A stretch of 36,292 nucleotides of DNA from a virus (Duplodnaviria > Heunggongvirae > Uroviricota > Caudoviricetes): positions 1 through 36,292 of the IMG/VR virus record IMGVR_UViG_2877285697_000006, one strand, 5' to 3'. The translations under genes were made by a program, and so were the position numbers. The notes below the pieces were generated by a model. The model searched no databases and was not told the origin of the DNA. It saw only the letters and a program-made list of their open reading frames with translations. Every line of letters begins with the position of its first letter. Positions within the stretch are counted from its first letter, which is position 1. Of the stretch, positions 1 to 8,700 are shown piece after piece.

Positions 1-273
1 ATGAACATCGGTAAAGCAATCATCAACTACGCAGCGCGTCGCAACATGGACATTACCTTGATTGGGGATGAGACCGTGGCGTTCTGGGAAGCGGATAACG
101 ATTGTGAATGGATGTTCTCCTACATGATTGGTAATGATGGTTTCCTCCACTTTAAAGGCAATGTGTATCTGCCGCAGGATATTAAAGAAGAATTACCAGC
201 GTGCATCGATACAGACAAGAAGCTGAAAGAAGTAATCAACTTTATCGCTAAAGAGTTTATCAGCAAGAAGTAA
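1..273 (+). CDS. hypothetical protein (90 aa); window starts exactly at its ATG so the 5' end may be truncated
   Basis: Open frame 1..273; TAA overlaps ATG of next ORF (TAATG), suggesting translational coupling. Confidence 0.45.
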   Translation: MNIGKAIINYAARRNMDITLIGDETVAFWEADNDCEWMFSYMIGNDGFLHFKGNVYLPQDIKEELPACIDTDKKLKEVINFIAKEFISKK

Positions 274-710
274 TGTCTAATTTGGCGGGTACTATTCCCG
301 CCGATTTAAACGGAATACAGACAATGTTCAATATTATGACTCGTAAATTTGGTGAGATGACTTTCGAGAAAGCTGGTGTTGCTCGTACCGAAGAAGAAGC
401 AATGGCCTTAGTTCTGGTAGCACTGAGATCATCAACTGAGATTATCGACGCTGAATATGTAGCCGCAGAAGGTGAGATTAACGAGGTTAAAGCGGTGGCT
501 AAGGAATTAGGTGTTAAAGGTTTCCGTAAGCTGAGACTATCCCGCGAGTCATATGTAATTGGTAAGCAAGGACAATACCTAGATGAGAATACCGTGATTA
601 TTCTACTGAATAAGATCACCCGCTACGGTTGGAAGATTGAGCAATATAAAACGTGTTTCGAATTATACGAAAAAGGTTTGCTGGATACTCTGACCATCGT
701 TCGCGCTTAA
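273..710 (+). CDS. hypothetical protein (145 aa; alternative start at 324)
   Basis: ORF with TAATG overlap to upstream ORF; codons 4-10 are occupied by a hairpin repeat, so the true start may be Met18 at 324. Confidence 0.5.
   Translation: MSNLAGTIPADLNGIQTMFNIMTRKFGEMTFEKAGVARTEEEAMALVLVALRSSTEIIDAEYVAAEGEINEVKAVAKELGVKGFRKLRLSRESYVIGKQGQYLDENTVIILLNKITRYGWKIEQYKTCFELYEKGLLDTLTIVRA
276..313 (+). repeat. hairpin-containing repeated element, copy 1 (ctaatttggCgggtActattcccGccg + T-rich tail + aaacgga)
   Basis: Near-identical to the element at 717-757; stem GGCGGG/CCCGCC. Confidence 0.5.
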
Positions 711-716
711 TTAATT

Positions 717-757
717 TCTAATTTGGTGGGTGTAATTCCCACCGCTTTTTAAATGGA
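717..757 (+). terminator. hairpin repeat copy 2 acting as rho-independent terminator (GGTGGG-tgtaatt-CCCACC + GCTTTTT)
   Basis: 6-bp GC stem, 7-nt loop, T-run 746-750 directly after the stop of ORF 273..710. Confidence 0.55.
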
Positions 758-850
758 GAATCAAACATGTTAGCTTTTATCTCATTCGTGGGAGGTAGTC
801 TCACAACCATGATTAGTCTTTCTTATATTGTCGTTAGTATGGGGTGAGCA

Positions 851-973
851 ATGAAACAATTTCATGATGGCATTTCATCTAAGACATTCAAGAAAGAATA
901 TTCGCTGTGTATTAACTGGATTGATTTGATTGGTGCGGTTGTGTTTGGTCTGATTATTAGCATTAACTTTTAA
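851..973 (+). CDS. small protein (40 aa) with hydrophobic C-terminal segment
   Basis: ATG at 851 preceded by GGGTGA SD-like sequence; not in ORF track because under 60 aa; C-terminal LIGAVVFGLIISI looks like a TM helix. Confidence 0.3.
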   Translation: MKQFHDGISSKTFKKEYSLCINWIDLIGAVVFGLIISINF

Positions 974-1018
974 TGATATAAATATATCGTAATTCAAACA
1001 ACAAGAGGAAATTCTACT

Positions 1019-1438
1019 ATGAAAAAGATTATCGCTGGTGTTGTTCTTGCTCTGGGTTTGGTTGGTGCTGCGAATGCTAATACCTATACCTATTATGTGT
1101 GCAATTCCTACTTCGAATATAAAGGAGATGATACACGCTACCTGAGTGATGGCGACCGTTATTATCATGCGCCGTCTGGCAAATACCGTAGTTTTATCGG
1201 TGTAAAGGTTCGAGTGAATGATGATAATAGTCAATTTGCTTTCAACGATCCGGTATTTGATAAAACAATCAAAAGCCCAAAACTGAAAGAAGATAAGAAC
1301 GAGAAAGAAGAATATTATGGTTCCGAAGATGGTAAATCCTACATCAAATATCTGCATTCTGTAGATGGCGCGCCTATATTTGATGTTAAAAAAGGTGATA
1401 CGTCTTATTCCCTGATTAGCTGCCGTGAAATTCTTTAA
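1019..1438 (+). CDS. secreted protein with N-terminal signal peptide (139 aa)
   Basis: MKKIIAGVVLALGLVGAANA signal-like N-terminus; SD AAGAGGAAA 7 nt upstream; antisense ORF 875..1357 judged spurious. Confidence 0.6.
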   Translation: MKKIIAGVVLALGLVGAANANTYTYYVCNSYFEYKGDDTRYLSDGDRYYHAPSGKYRSFIGVKVRVNDDNSQFAFNDPVFDKTIKSPKLKEDKNEKEEYYGSEDGKSYIKYLHSVDGAPIFDVKKGDTSYSLISCREIL

Positions 1439-1452
1439 TCTTTAATCACCTA

Positions 1453-1489
1453 GCCCCTATCGTTATAATACGCGGTAGGGGCGTTTTTG
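1453..1489 (+). terminator. hairpin (GCCCCT...AGGGGC) followed by GTTTTT
   Basis: 6-bp GC stem with long loop then T-run, after stop of 1019..1438. Confidence 0.35.
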
Positions 1490-1501
1490 TTTGGAAATGG
1501 T

Positions 1502-3181
1502 ATGAAAACTAAACTGTATTCGTATATTCGCTTCTCGTCTATGCGTCAGAATGATGGTTCGAGTTATGAACGACAAATCAGGATGGCTAGAGAGATTGCG
1601 GTAAAGTATGACCTTGAACTGGTAAATGATTATCAGGATCTGGGTGTATCTGCGTTTAAGGGTGCTAACTCCAAAACAGGGGCGCTATCTCGTTTCCTTG
1701 ATGCAATAGGTAGATCCGTTCCTGTTGGTAGCTGGCTATTCATCGAAAACTTGGACCGTTTATCCCGTGCCGATATTGTCAGTGCGCAGGAGTTATTCCT
1801 TTCAATCATCCGTAGGGGGATAACCATTGTTACTGGCATGGATAACAAGATCTACTCGCTTGATACTGTTACCGCTAACCCGATGGACCTGATGTTCTCC
1901 ATCCTTTTATTCATCCGTGGTAATGAGGAAAGCCAGACTAAGCGCAATCGTACTAACTCAAGCGCACTGATTAAGATTAAAGCTCATCAAGAAAATCCAC
2001 AAAATCCGGCTGTTGCAATCGAGGAAATTGGAAAGAATATGTGGTGGACTGATACCACATCTGGTTATGTGCTTCCTCATCCGGTCTTCTTCCCTATTGT
2101 TCAGGAAGTTGTGGAATTACGCAGGAATGGACGGTCAACCGCCGAGATACTGGATCACCTTAACGCGACATACACACCACCACCAGCCGCAAGTCACAAG
2201 AGGCATTCAAACTGGTCACGGGCAATGATTGAAAGGTTGTTCCATACCCGCGCTTTGATTGGTATCAAGGAAATCTCTGTAGATGGCGTTAAGTATGAGT
2301 TAAAGGATTATTATCCTCGTGTGCTAGATGACGCTGAGTTTTATCACCTTAAGAAAAGCATTGGTGTTAGAGCATGTAACTTTGGAGACAAAGAAGAAGC
2401 TAAACCTATTCCCTTGCTTAGTGGTGTTGGTCTATTGAAATGTGAACATTGCGGTTCCGCTATGGTTAAGGTGAAAGGAACAAACAGACGGCCTAACCAA
2501 TATCGTTATTCATGCGATGCAATGCGCTCTAGTCGTATTGAATGTGTGCATACAAACTGGAGTTTTCGCGGCGACCAATTAGAGAAAGCTGTATTGCAAT
2601 TGCTGGCTGATAAAATCTGGATTGCTGAAGATAAGGCTAATCCGGTTCCGGCTTTGAAAGTACAGATTGATGAAATATCACGCAAGATTGATAACCTGAT
2701 TACCCTTTCTGCTATGACAGGAGCAACGAAGGAGCTAGCCGATCAGATTACTACCCTCAATAGCGAGCGTGAAACACTCTACAATCAACTTAAGATGGCA
2801 GAAGAGGAAATGTATTCTGTTGACTCTCAAGGCTGGGAGAAGCTCGCAGAATTTGATTTAGAAGATGTTTACAACGAGGATCGCATTAAGGTCCGGTTTA
2901 AGATTAAGCAAGCTCTAAAACGGATCGGGTGTAGCAGGATTGACAAGTACAAAAACTTGTTTGTACTGGAATACATCGATGGCAAGACCCAGAGAGTTGT
3001 AATAGAAAATTCAAGAGGACCGAGGAAAGGCCGGATCTTCGTTGATTTGAAGACTATCAATGATAGGCAGATTCTGGAGAGTAACGGGCTTGTTCTGCAT
3101 CCATGTTTAGACATGCTGACAGATAAGAACTGGAAACCAGAAGAAGAAATACCAGGTCCATTACAAGAATTTGGAATTTAA
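1502..3181 (+). CDS. large serine recombinase (serine integrase-like)
   Basis: N-terminal resolvase-type catalytic domain (YSYIRFSSMRQ...LDRLSR), ~560 aa, zinc-ribbon CEHCG...YRYSCD...IECVH; start taken at MKTKLY rather than track start 1487. Confidence 0.8.
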   Translation: MKTKLYSYIRFSSMRQNDGSSYERQIRMAREIAVKYDLELVNDYQDLGVSAFKGANSKTGALSRFLDAIGRSVPVGSWLFIENLDRLSRADIVSAQELFLSIIRRGITIVTGMDNKIYSLDTVTANPMDLMFSILLFIRGNEESQTKRNRTNSSALIKIKAHQENPQNPAVAIEEIGKNMWWTDTTSGYVLPHPVFFPIVQEVVELRRNGRSTAEILDHLNATYTPPPAASHKRHSNWSRAMIERLFHTRALIGIKEISVDGVKYELKDYYPRVLDDAEFYHLKKSIGVRACNFGDKEEAKPIPLLSGVGLLKCEHCGSAMVKVKGTNRRPNQYRYSCDAMRSSRIECVHTNWSFRGDQLEKAVLQLLADKIWIAEDKANPVPALKVQIDEISRKIDNLITLSAMTGATKELADQITTLNSERETLYNQLKMAEEEMYSVDSQGWEKLAEFDLEDVYNEDRIKVRFKIKQALKRIGCSRIDKYKNLFVLEYIDGKTQRVVIENSRGPRKGRIFVDLKTINDRQILESNGLVLHPCLDMLTDKNWKPEEEIPGPLQEFGI

Positions 3182-3185
3182 GCTA

Positions 3186-3443
3186 ATGAAGATGATTAAG
3201 ATTTTAGGTTTGATTTTATCTATGAATTCTTGCTTGGCATTGGCAACCGTAGACCAAGAAATGCGTAGACCGCTAACCTATAGAGAAGATGCTTTCATTG
3301 ATGGAGCACATAAGACATTGAAATTGCTATGTCAAAAGACCACCAGTAATTACGATGAATACAGAAAATGTTATGAGGAATCACTAGACATTTATTCTGA
3401 TGAGGTGAGAAAGATTTTCATAGAACAAGAAAATAAATCATAG
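3186..3443 (+). CDS. small secreted or lipoprotein-like protein
   Basis: MKMIKILGLILSMNSCLALA signal-like N-terminus; start ambiguous between 3171 and 3192. Confidence 0.45.
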   Translation: MKMIKILGLILSMNSCLALATVDQEMRRPLTYREDAFIDGAHKTLKLLCQKTTSNYDEYRKCYEESLDIYSDEVRKIFIEQENKS

Positions 3444-3480
3444 GCGGCCTAAATCGCCGTATAACGAACCAAACGCTTTA

Positions 3481-3509
3481 AGGGGTACATCCGTACCCCT
3501 TTTTAATTT
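3481..3509 (+). terminator. rho-independent terminator (AGGGGTAC-atcc-GTACCCCT + TTTTAATTT)
   Basis: Perfect 8-bp stem, tetraloop, T-run. Confidence 0.6.
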
Positions 3510-3525
3510 AATTGCGTTAGAGAGT

Positions 3526-3723
3526 CTATAATTGGCTTAAATCAAGCTCTAGGTCTTCCGGTTCTTTCATTACTTCAACCAGAGACGGATCTACTTCGTC
3601 AAAAACGACTTTATCGTCTGCGGTATATTTGTCTATAATGAAAAAATGGTCAGAAATATAGCTTACGTCGCCAGCATATTCTAACAAAAAAGCGCCCACC
3701 AGAGGCGCTTTTGTTTTATCCAT
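3526..3723 (-). CDS. doubtful 65-aa ORF
   Basis: Open frame only; its 5' end is occupied by a terminator hairpin and it overlaps the endolysin stop. Confidence 0.2.
   Translation of the reverse strand: MDKTKAPLVGAFLLEYAGDVSYISDHFFIIDKYTADDKVVFDEVDPSLVEVMKEPEDLELDLSQL
3686..3717. terminator. bidirectional hairpin terminator (AGCGCC-caccagag-GGCGCT) with A-run upstream and T-run downstream
   Basis: GC stem flanked by AAAAA at 3686-3690 and TTTGTTTT at 3710-3717; just downstream of the endolysin stop on the minus strand. Confidence 0.45.
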
Positions 3724-4069
3724 TCCACCGTGATTTTTTTGATCTGGAATCGATATGCGTAAATGTTTTATATTTTCCTAAGCCGTATTGAGTAGGATAT
3801 TTCCCATCAAGATAAGCATGAACAATATCAGGCGAGACACCCTTGATAACAATGTCAGCCGCGCGGCCTCGAACATGATAGCTATTGGTTGCGCCGCCTA
3901 CATTCTTGTTATGAGTCGGGCAACGGTTCCCACTGTTAATAATCACTGGTTTACCGAAGTGCTCTCGTACATCCTCAAGAATCACCAGTAATTCAGCGTC
4001 GATTGTATCATAATCACATTTTCCGCATTTACATTTAAATTCCTTGCGAGAAAAATGCTTACTTAACAT
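3716..4069 (-). CDS. endolysin, peptidase M15 family (L-alanyl-D-glutamate peptidase type)
   Basis: 117 aa with zinc-peptidase motifs (SGNRCPTHNKNVGGATNSYHVRGRAADI ... FTHID); SD AGGGGG upstream. Confidence 0.75.
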   Translation of the reverse strand: MLSKHFSRKEFKCKCGKCDYDTIDAELLVILEDVREHFGKPVIINSGNRCPTHNKNVGGATNSYHVRGRAADIVIKGVSPDIVHAYLDGKYPTQYGLGKYKTFTHIDSRSKKSRWNG

Positions 4070-4078
4070 ATTACCCCC

Positions 4079-4426
4079 TTAGATCATTTCGAAGATATAA
4101 CCAATAAAGCGCATACCCTTGATATAATAAGGAGCAGTGCCTACACACACCGCGCGTGCATCACCCAGACAGTTAAAGCTATAAGGATTAACTACATCGA
4201 CTTCTTGCCCTACACGAAAACGATATTTAGGACGTTTAGCCAATGTAGCGACACAAAACACGGTCCCCTTTTCATGGTCACGGATACATTCTTTATATTG
4301 TTTATGTTTAACTCTCTTCGCCTCAAAATCATAGGTCATTGATTCTGGGCTAATGCCATTAATAAAAATACCGGAAAGCTGATCAACCGGATAAGTAGGA
4401 AATTCAGTGAAAATATTTTTAGCCAT
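4079..4426 (-). CDS. hypothetical protein (115 aa)
   Basis: ORF in operon-like tandem arrangement with neighbours. Confidence 0.5.
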   Translation of the reverse strand: MAKNIFTEFPTYPVDQLSGIFINGISPESMTYDFEAKRVKHKQYKECIRDHEKGTVFCVATLAKRPKYRFRVGQEVDVVNPYSFNCLGDARAVCVGTAPYYIKGMRFIGYIFEMI

Positions 4427-4464
4427 GTTATACCCCCATAAGATTCTATGAGGGTATTTATTGA

Positions 4465-5148
4465 TTAAACGTATTTCATGCGCGATTTAATGTGCTTATT
4501 GATGTTTTCAAGCATCATTGCTTCGTTGCTTTCCCACGATCCTAGCGTCGAATAACGAGTAGAAATTTTATCCGACTTAACGGCAACAATTCGCTTACTT
4601 TGTTTCTGTATGCGTTTCTCTAAGCGACGTTTTGCCACCGCAGATCCATTCCTAGCGCGTTTGGTTCGGGATTTCTTAGGCTTGTACTTCTTCATGATAA
4701 AAGTCCCTTCCTTGTTCTCTACCTTGATGAAGTTGCCGTTTTCGATGTTACGCATCATCTTACCGCCTTTAATGGCCTTAATGTTCCCGTGGGAGTCTAA
4801 GACCTTGCCGTTGGCGATTGGCACTAGCTTATTGATTTTGCCACCATCGAAATAGTGTTTCAGATAGTCATCCTGACTGCCGATCTTCTTGTCCTTATCC
4901 CTTGCGCCCTTGATGAAGATTTGGTGTCTCGTCCCTGATCGGTTCTTGTAGTTGGTATTACCTACAGCTTGCTGAGTCCAGCGAGTAGGTCTATCAACAT
5001 TCTTGTTAATCTTCTTCTGGAGTGCTCTGGAAGCAAAGATCGCCCCTTCCCCTAGTGCCCTTTCGAATGTATCGGTTGCCTTTTCAGACCATTGCCGTAA
5101 CGCTTTCTTAGTCCTTAGAGCGTTTCGTTTATTGGTACTGGTTGCCAT
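4465..5148 (-). CDS. lysine/arginine-rich hypothetical protein (227 aa)
   Basis: ORF; start ATG overlaps stop of upstream small ORF (TAACATGG). Confidence 0.5.
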   Translation of the reverse strand: MATSTNKRNALRTKKALRQWSEKATDTFERALGEGAIFASRALQKKINKNVDRPTRWTQQAVGNTNYKNRSGTRHQIFIKGARDKDKKIGSQDDYLKHYFDGGKINKLVPIANGKVLDSHGNIKAIKGGKMMRNIENGNFIKVENKEGTFIMKKYKPKKSRTKRARNGSAVAKRRLEKRIQKQSKRIVAVKSDKISTRYSTLGSWESNEAMMLENINKHIKSRMKYV

Positions 5149-5149
5149 G

Positions 5150-5320
5150 TTAGCCCCCTAATAACGAAAAGACCCCCGCCAGTGTCCTTAGCAATTGTTC
5201 ATCCACGGTCATAGCCGGGAGTTCAAGCCCAAAGGACGTTAGCAGAGGTCTAATAGCTACGTTATAAGTGAGGGCGACAATCAAGAGATAACCAAAATAT
5301 TTCTTAAGTTTATTCTTCAT
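5150..5320 (-). CDS. small membrane protein (56 aa)
   Basis: Not in ORF track; SD AAGGGGTG 6 nt upstream of ATG at 5320; hydrophobic N-terminal segment YLLIVALTYNVAI. Confidence 0.3.
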   Translation of the reverse strand: MKNKLKKYFGYLLIVALTYNVAIRPLLTSFGLELPAMTVDEQLLRTLAGVFSLLGG

Positions 5321-5338
5321 ATATTCACCCCTTTATTA

Positions 5339-5617
5339 TTATTTTTGTTTGAGTATGTCGAGAACTTGGTCAAATTTGGCGTCCATCGCAACCACTTTCT
5401 TCTCTATACCGTGTAGTGTTTGTTCCATTTGGTAAACACGTTCAGCAATCTGAGTATGGTTATTCTGCATCGTCTCAAACTTCTGGTTTAACAATGCGTC
5501 GCTGGATTCCAATTTCGACAATCTATTTTCAGTTGCTAATTGATTTCGGTGAAGTCTCCAAAGACCACCACAAATTAAGGCGATAACACCGATACCGCCA
5601 TATATAATTTCAGTCAT
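5339..5617 (-). CDS. membrane-anchored coiled-coil protein (92 aa), possible spanin or holin-like lysis protein
   Basis: N-terminal TM (IIYGGIGVIALICGGLW) followed by predicted coiled coil. Confidence 0.4.
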   Translation of the reverse strand: MTEIIYGGIGVIALICGGLWRLHRNQLATENRLSKLESSDALLNQKFETMQNNHTQIAERVYQMEQTLHGIEKKVVAMDAKFDQVLDILKQK

Positions 5618-5723
5618 TACGCCCCCGATATTTTTATATAGTTTAATGGCAAAATTATTTAGATAAAAATAATCCCGCCTAACTCAAAAGAATTAAGCGG
5701 GATTAATTATTAAAATTAAATTT

Positions 5724-8700
5724 TTAAGAAACAGTAATACCCGTAGTGGCTTTTTTAGTTACCATTACAGTTAAATCACTGATCCATGTGCTAGGCGTCC
5801 AGTTGTTGATTGCGCTTGATTGCACTTCAAAGGTCAAGGTCACAGCACCTTTACCCGCTGGCATATCAATAACACCTGAGTAAAGACCAGTATTACCGCC
5901 ATACGCCCTATTATACAACTCTGACCCATTCTTACGAACAATCAGGCGACAGGTGTCGTAATAGGTATTATTGTTCGACCCTTCACGCGCTCGCAATCCA
6001 CCAAAACTAATCGCCGGAATAACGATTTGACGATCGAACTTGTGATCATCTTCAACGCGAACGGTTACTGTACCTTGCGGATAGCCGCCATAACCATTAT
6101 CAACGTTAACATCACGGTGTGGGAACTTTCGACCAATCACCTTAACGAAATCACCCTTAACCTGAGTAGCTTCAAGCATACCCTTAATAACACAGCTAGA
6201 GTTAATCGTGACGTTGTTCAGAGTACCAGAATCAGCCGTGATATTACCTTTAACGGTAGCATTCATGAACGTAGCATTACCGTTCTTGTTGATATGCCAT
6301 CCGGTCGATCCGTTCCAGTTGGAAGACTGGATATAGTTACCGATTTTAGCGTTATCAATTGCGCCATTTACAATCTTGGCGTTGGTGATCGCGCCGTCTT
6401 GGATTTTCGCTGAATTGATCGCAGCATTGCCAATTTTAGCCGTGGTGATACTAGCATCAGTAATCTGTGCTGATCCGATTGAGGCATTACGAATCATCGC
6501 ATTATCGAGATAAACCTTGTTACCTTCGATACCAAACGGGCAAACATCGGTCCCGTTCTGCGGAGCTACAGCAATTTTATCAGCCGTAAAGATGATTTTA
6601 GTCGGTTGTGCCGGATCGTTGGTTGCGCTCATGTGAATACCAGCCACACGACCATCTGCATTAACTGCCAGATTGTATTTGCTGTTAATGGTTCCTTTCA
6701 AAGCATCGATTTTTACATCTGCTTCCTGATTCACACCAGCAATCTTGCCATCCATTTCTACCCGAACTTGATCAATCTTACTTGCGCTTGCTGCCTCACT
6801 GGTTGCAATTGCTTGTTTCAGGGTTGTAGCGGAGGCGCTAACTTCTTTGGTGATATCGCCTTTCAGTTCAGCTTTAACCTGATCAATCTTAGTTGAACTT
6901 GCCTTATCACCAGAAGCAATCAGACTCTTTAAGGTATCGGCTGAGGCTTGAACAGTTTTACCCGTCTCGGTAGTGATTTGCTTATGCATTGCATCAATTT
7001 TAGCATCGGCATTAGCGCCAGCTTGCTTAATAGCATCCGCGATAGTTTCATCTAAGCGATCTTGTAAACCAATCAGGTCTTCCAGTGCTTCTTTGTCCTG
7101 ATCGTCCCAACTAATCGTAGACTTCATTTGCATGAAATACGGTTCAGACCAAACAGCATCATCCATACCGAAAATATCGTAGTGAGCACCACGGATATAA
7201 TAATCACCGTCAGCAATATCAAAGGAAGTATGGCTAACACTATTCGTGCTTACTGCCCTTGCATCTGAGAAAGTGTTGTCGGTTGCATACTGGATGATTG
7301 ACCCTGCATAGTCATGTTCTACGTCATCCGCCCAGCTAACAAACGCAGTATTAAAGCCACCACGCGCACTAAAACCTTTCATTGGCTTATGTTGTGGGTT
7401 GATAGCCACTAAACGCGCTGGGGCGCTCTCTGAGTTGTTATAGCCCTTAGCTGATACTTCTACCGTAAGTTGACGCGAAAGGCCGTTAAACTGGTTCATA
7501 TCAAGCGTATAAGTCCATGATTCAGGATCGCGGGTACGGTACTGAATAGACTTACCAGCCTTGTTAGTCACCTTGATAATGTATGCTTCAAACAGGTCAC
7601 TAAACTTGTTAGTTTCACCGTTGATCATCACATCTAATTGTTGCTGGTTTTCCCATTCGATAATCAGATCATTACCTTCGAAAGTTCCTGGCGTGCTACC
7701 CTGATTTTTGATTCGAATAACCGGAGTCGGCAATTCATAGGTAACGGTAGGATTCTGGTTAACCAGTTCTACCCAATCGGATCGCGCGATGATACCGAAA
7801 GCACAAACTCGGTAATCGTAGGAACGATCTTTTGCCAGTGCATTGACACTGAAAATTTGCTGTGAAGTCTGTCCCAGCTTAATCCAGTTAGGTGATCCGC
7901 TTACACGGTAATCAATCTGGAAACCATAACGGTTAAAATCTTCCGGTGCATCCCATGTCAAAGTAACGTTTTTACCGTAAATCGTCTCACCAGTTGCCTT
8001 AATTCTGAAATTAGTAGGCTTCTGTACTGTCATTGAATCCGGTAAACCACTTGGTCTATTGTCTGGAGTTGCCGCATAGTTCAGGTCAGTATAAACCTGA
8101 GAATTATATTCTGTGGCGGTGATAGTCATCATCCCAGCAATACCAGAATCAATCGAGCGATCAATTGCAGTAATACGCCATAAGGAATTATTCAGCTTCA
8201 ATTCATCATAGGTTACGCTGATAACGTCCCAAACTTCGGCAGTGAATGCGTCAGTAGTCATAAAGCTGATAACCTGAGTGATACGAGATTTATTTCGCTC
8301 AATGCTCGCGAGTTTATCAATCTGATCTTTAGACTTAACGAAACGATATTCTACATCCTTAGCAATAATTCGACCATCTGCGCGAACAGTAGCATCGTTT
8401 TCAGCATCAGCCGGATAACGTAGCATTTGCTCTGAATAGTCAATTGATGGTTCTTGATACATCGCGTTAATGGTATTGAAATAACCGTTAGTGCCACCTG
8501 TTTTCAGTGATACCTTACCCATCATGATATTGTCTTCATTGAAGGTATGCTTAACAATATCAGGAGCATCCAGTTTCAGCGTAATACGTCCAAAGGATTC
8601 GAACATCACCCCGCCGAAAGTCTGCATAAGATTAGTCAAGTTCTCTTTAAAGCTGGCGTTCGGATCACATGCACCGTTTGAATGTAGATCCATCTGGCGT

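Noticed and set aside
875-1357. 160-aa minus-strand ORF
   Set aside because: Antisense to the well-supported secreted-protein gene 1019..1438; no SD; isoleucine/phenylalanine-rich low-complexity translation.
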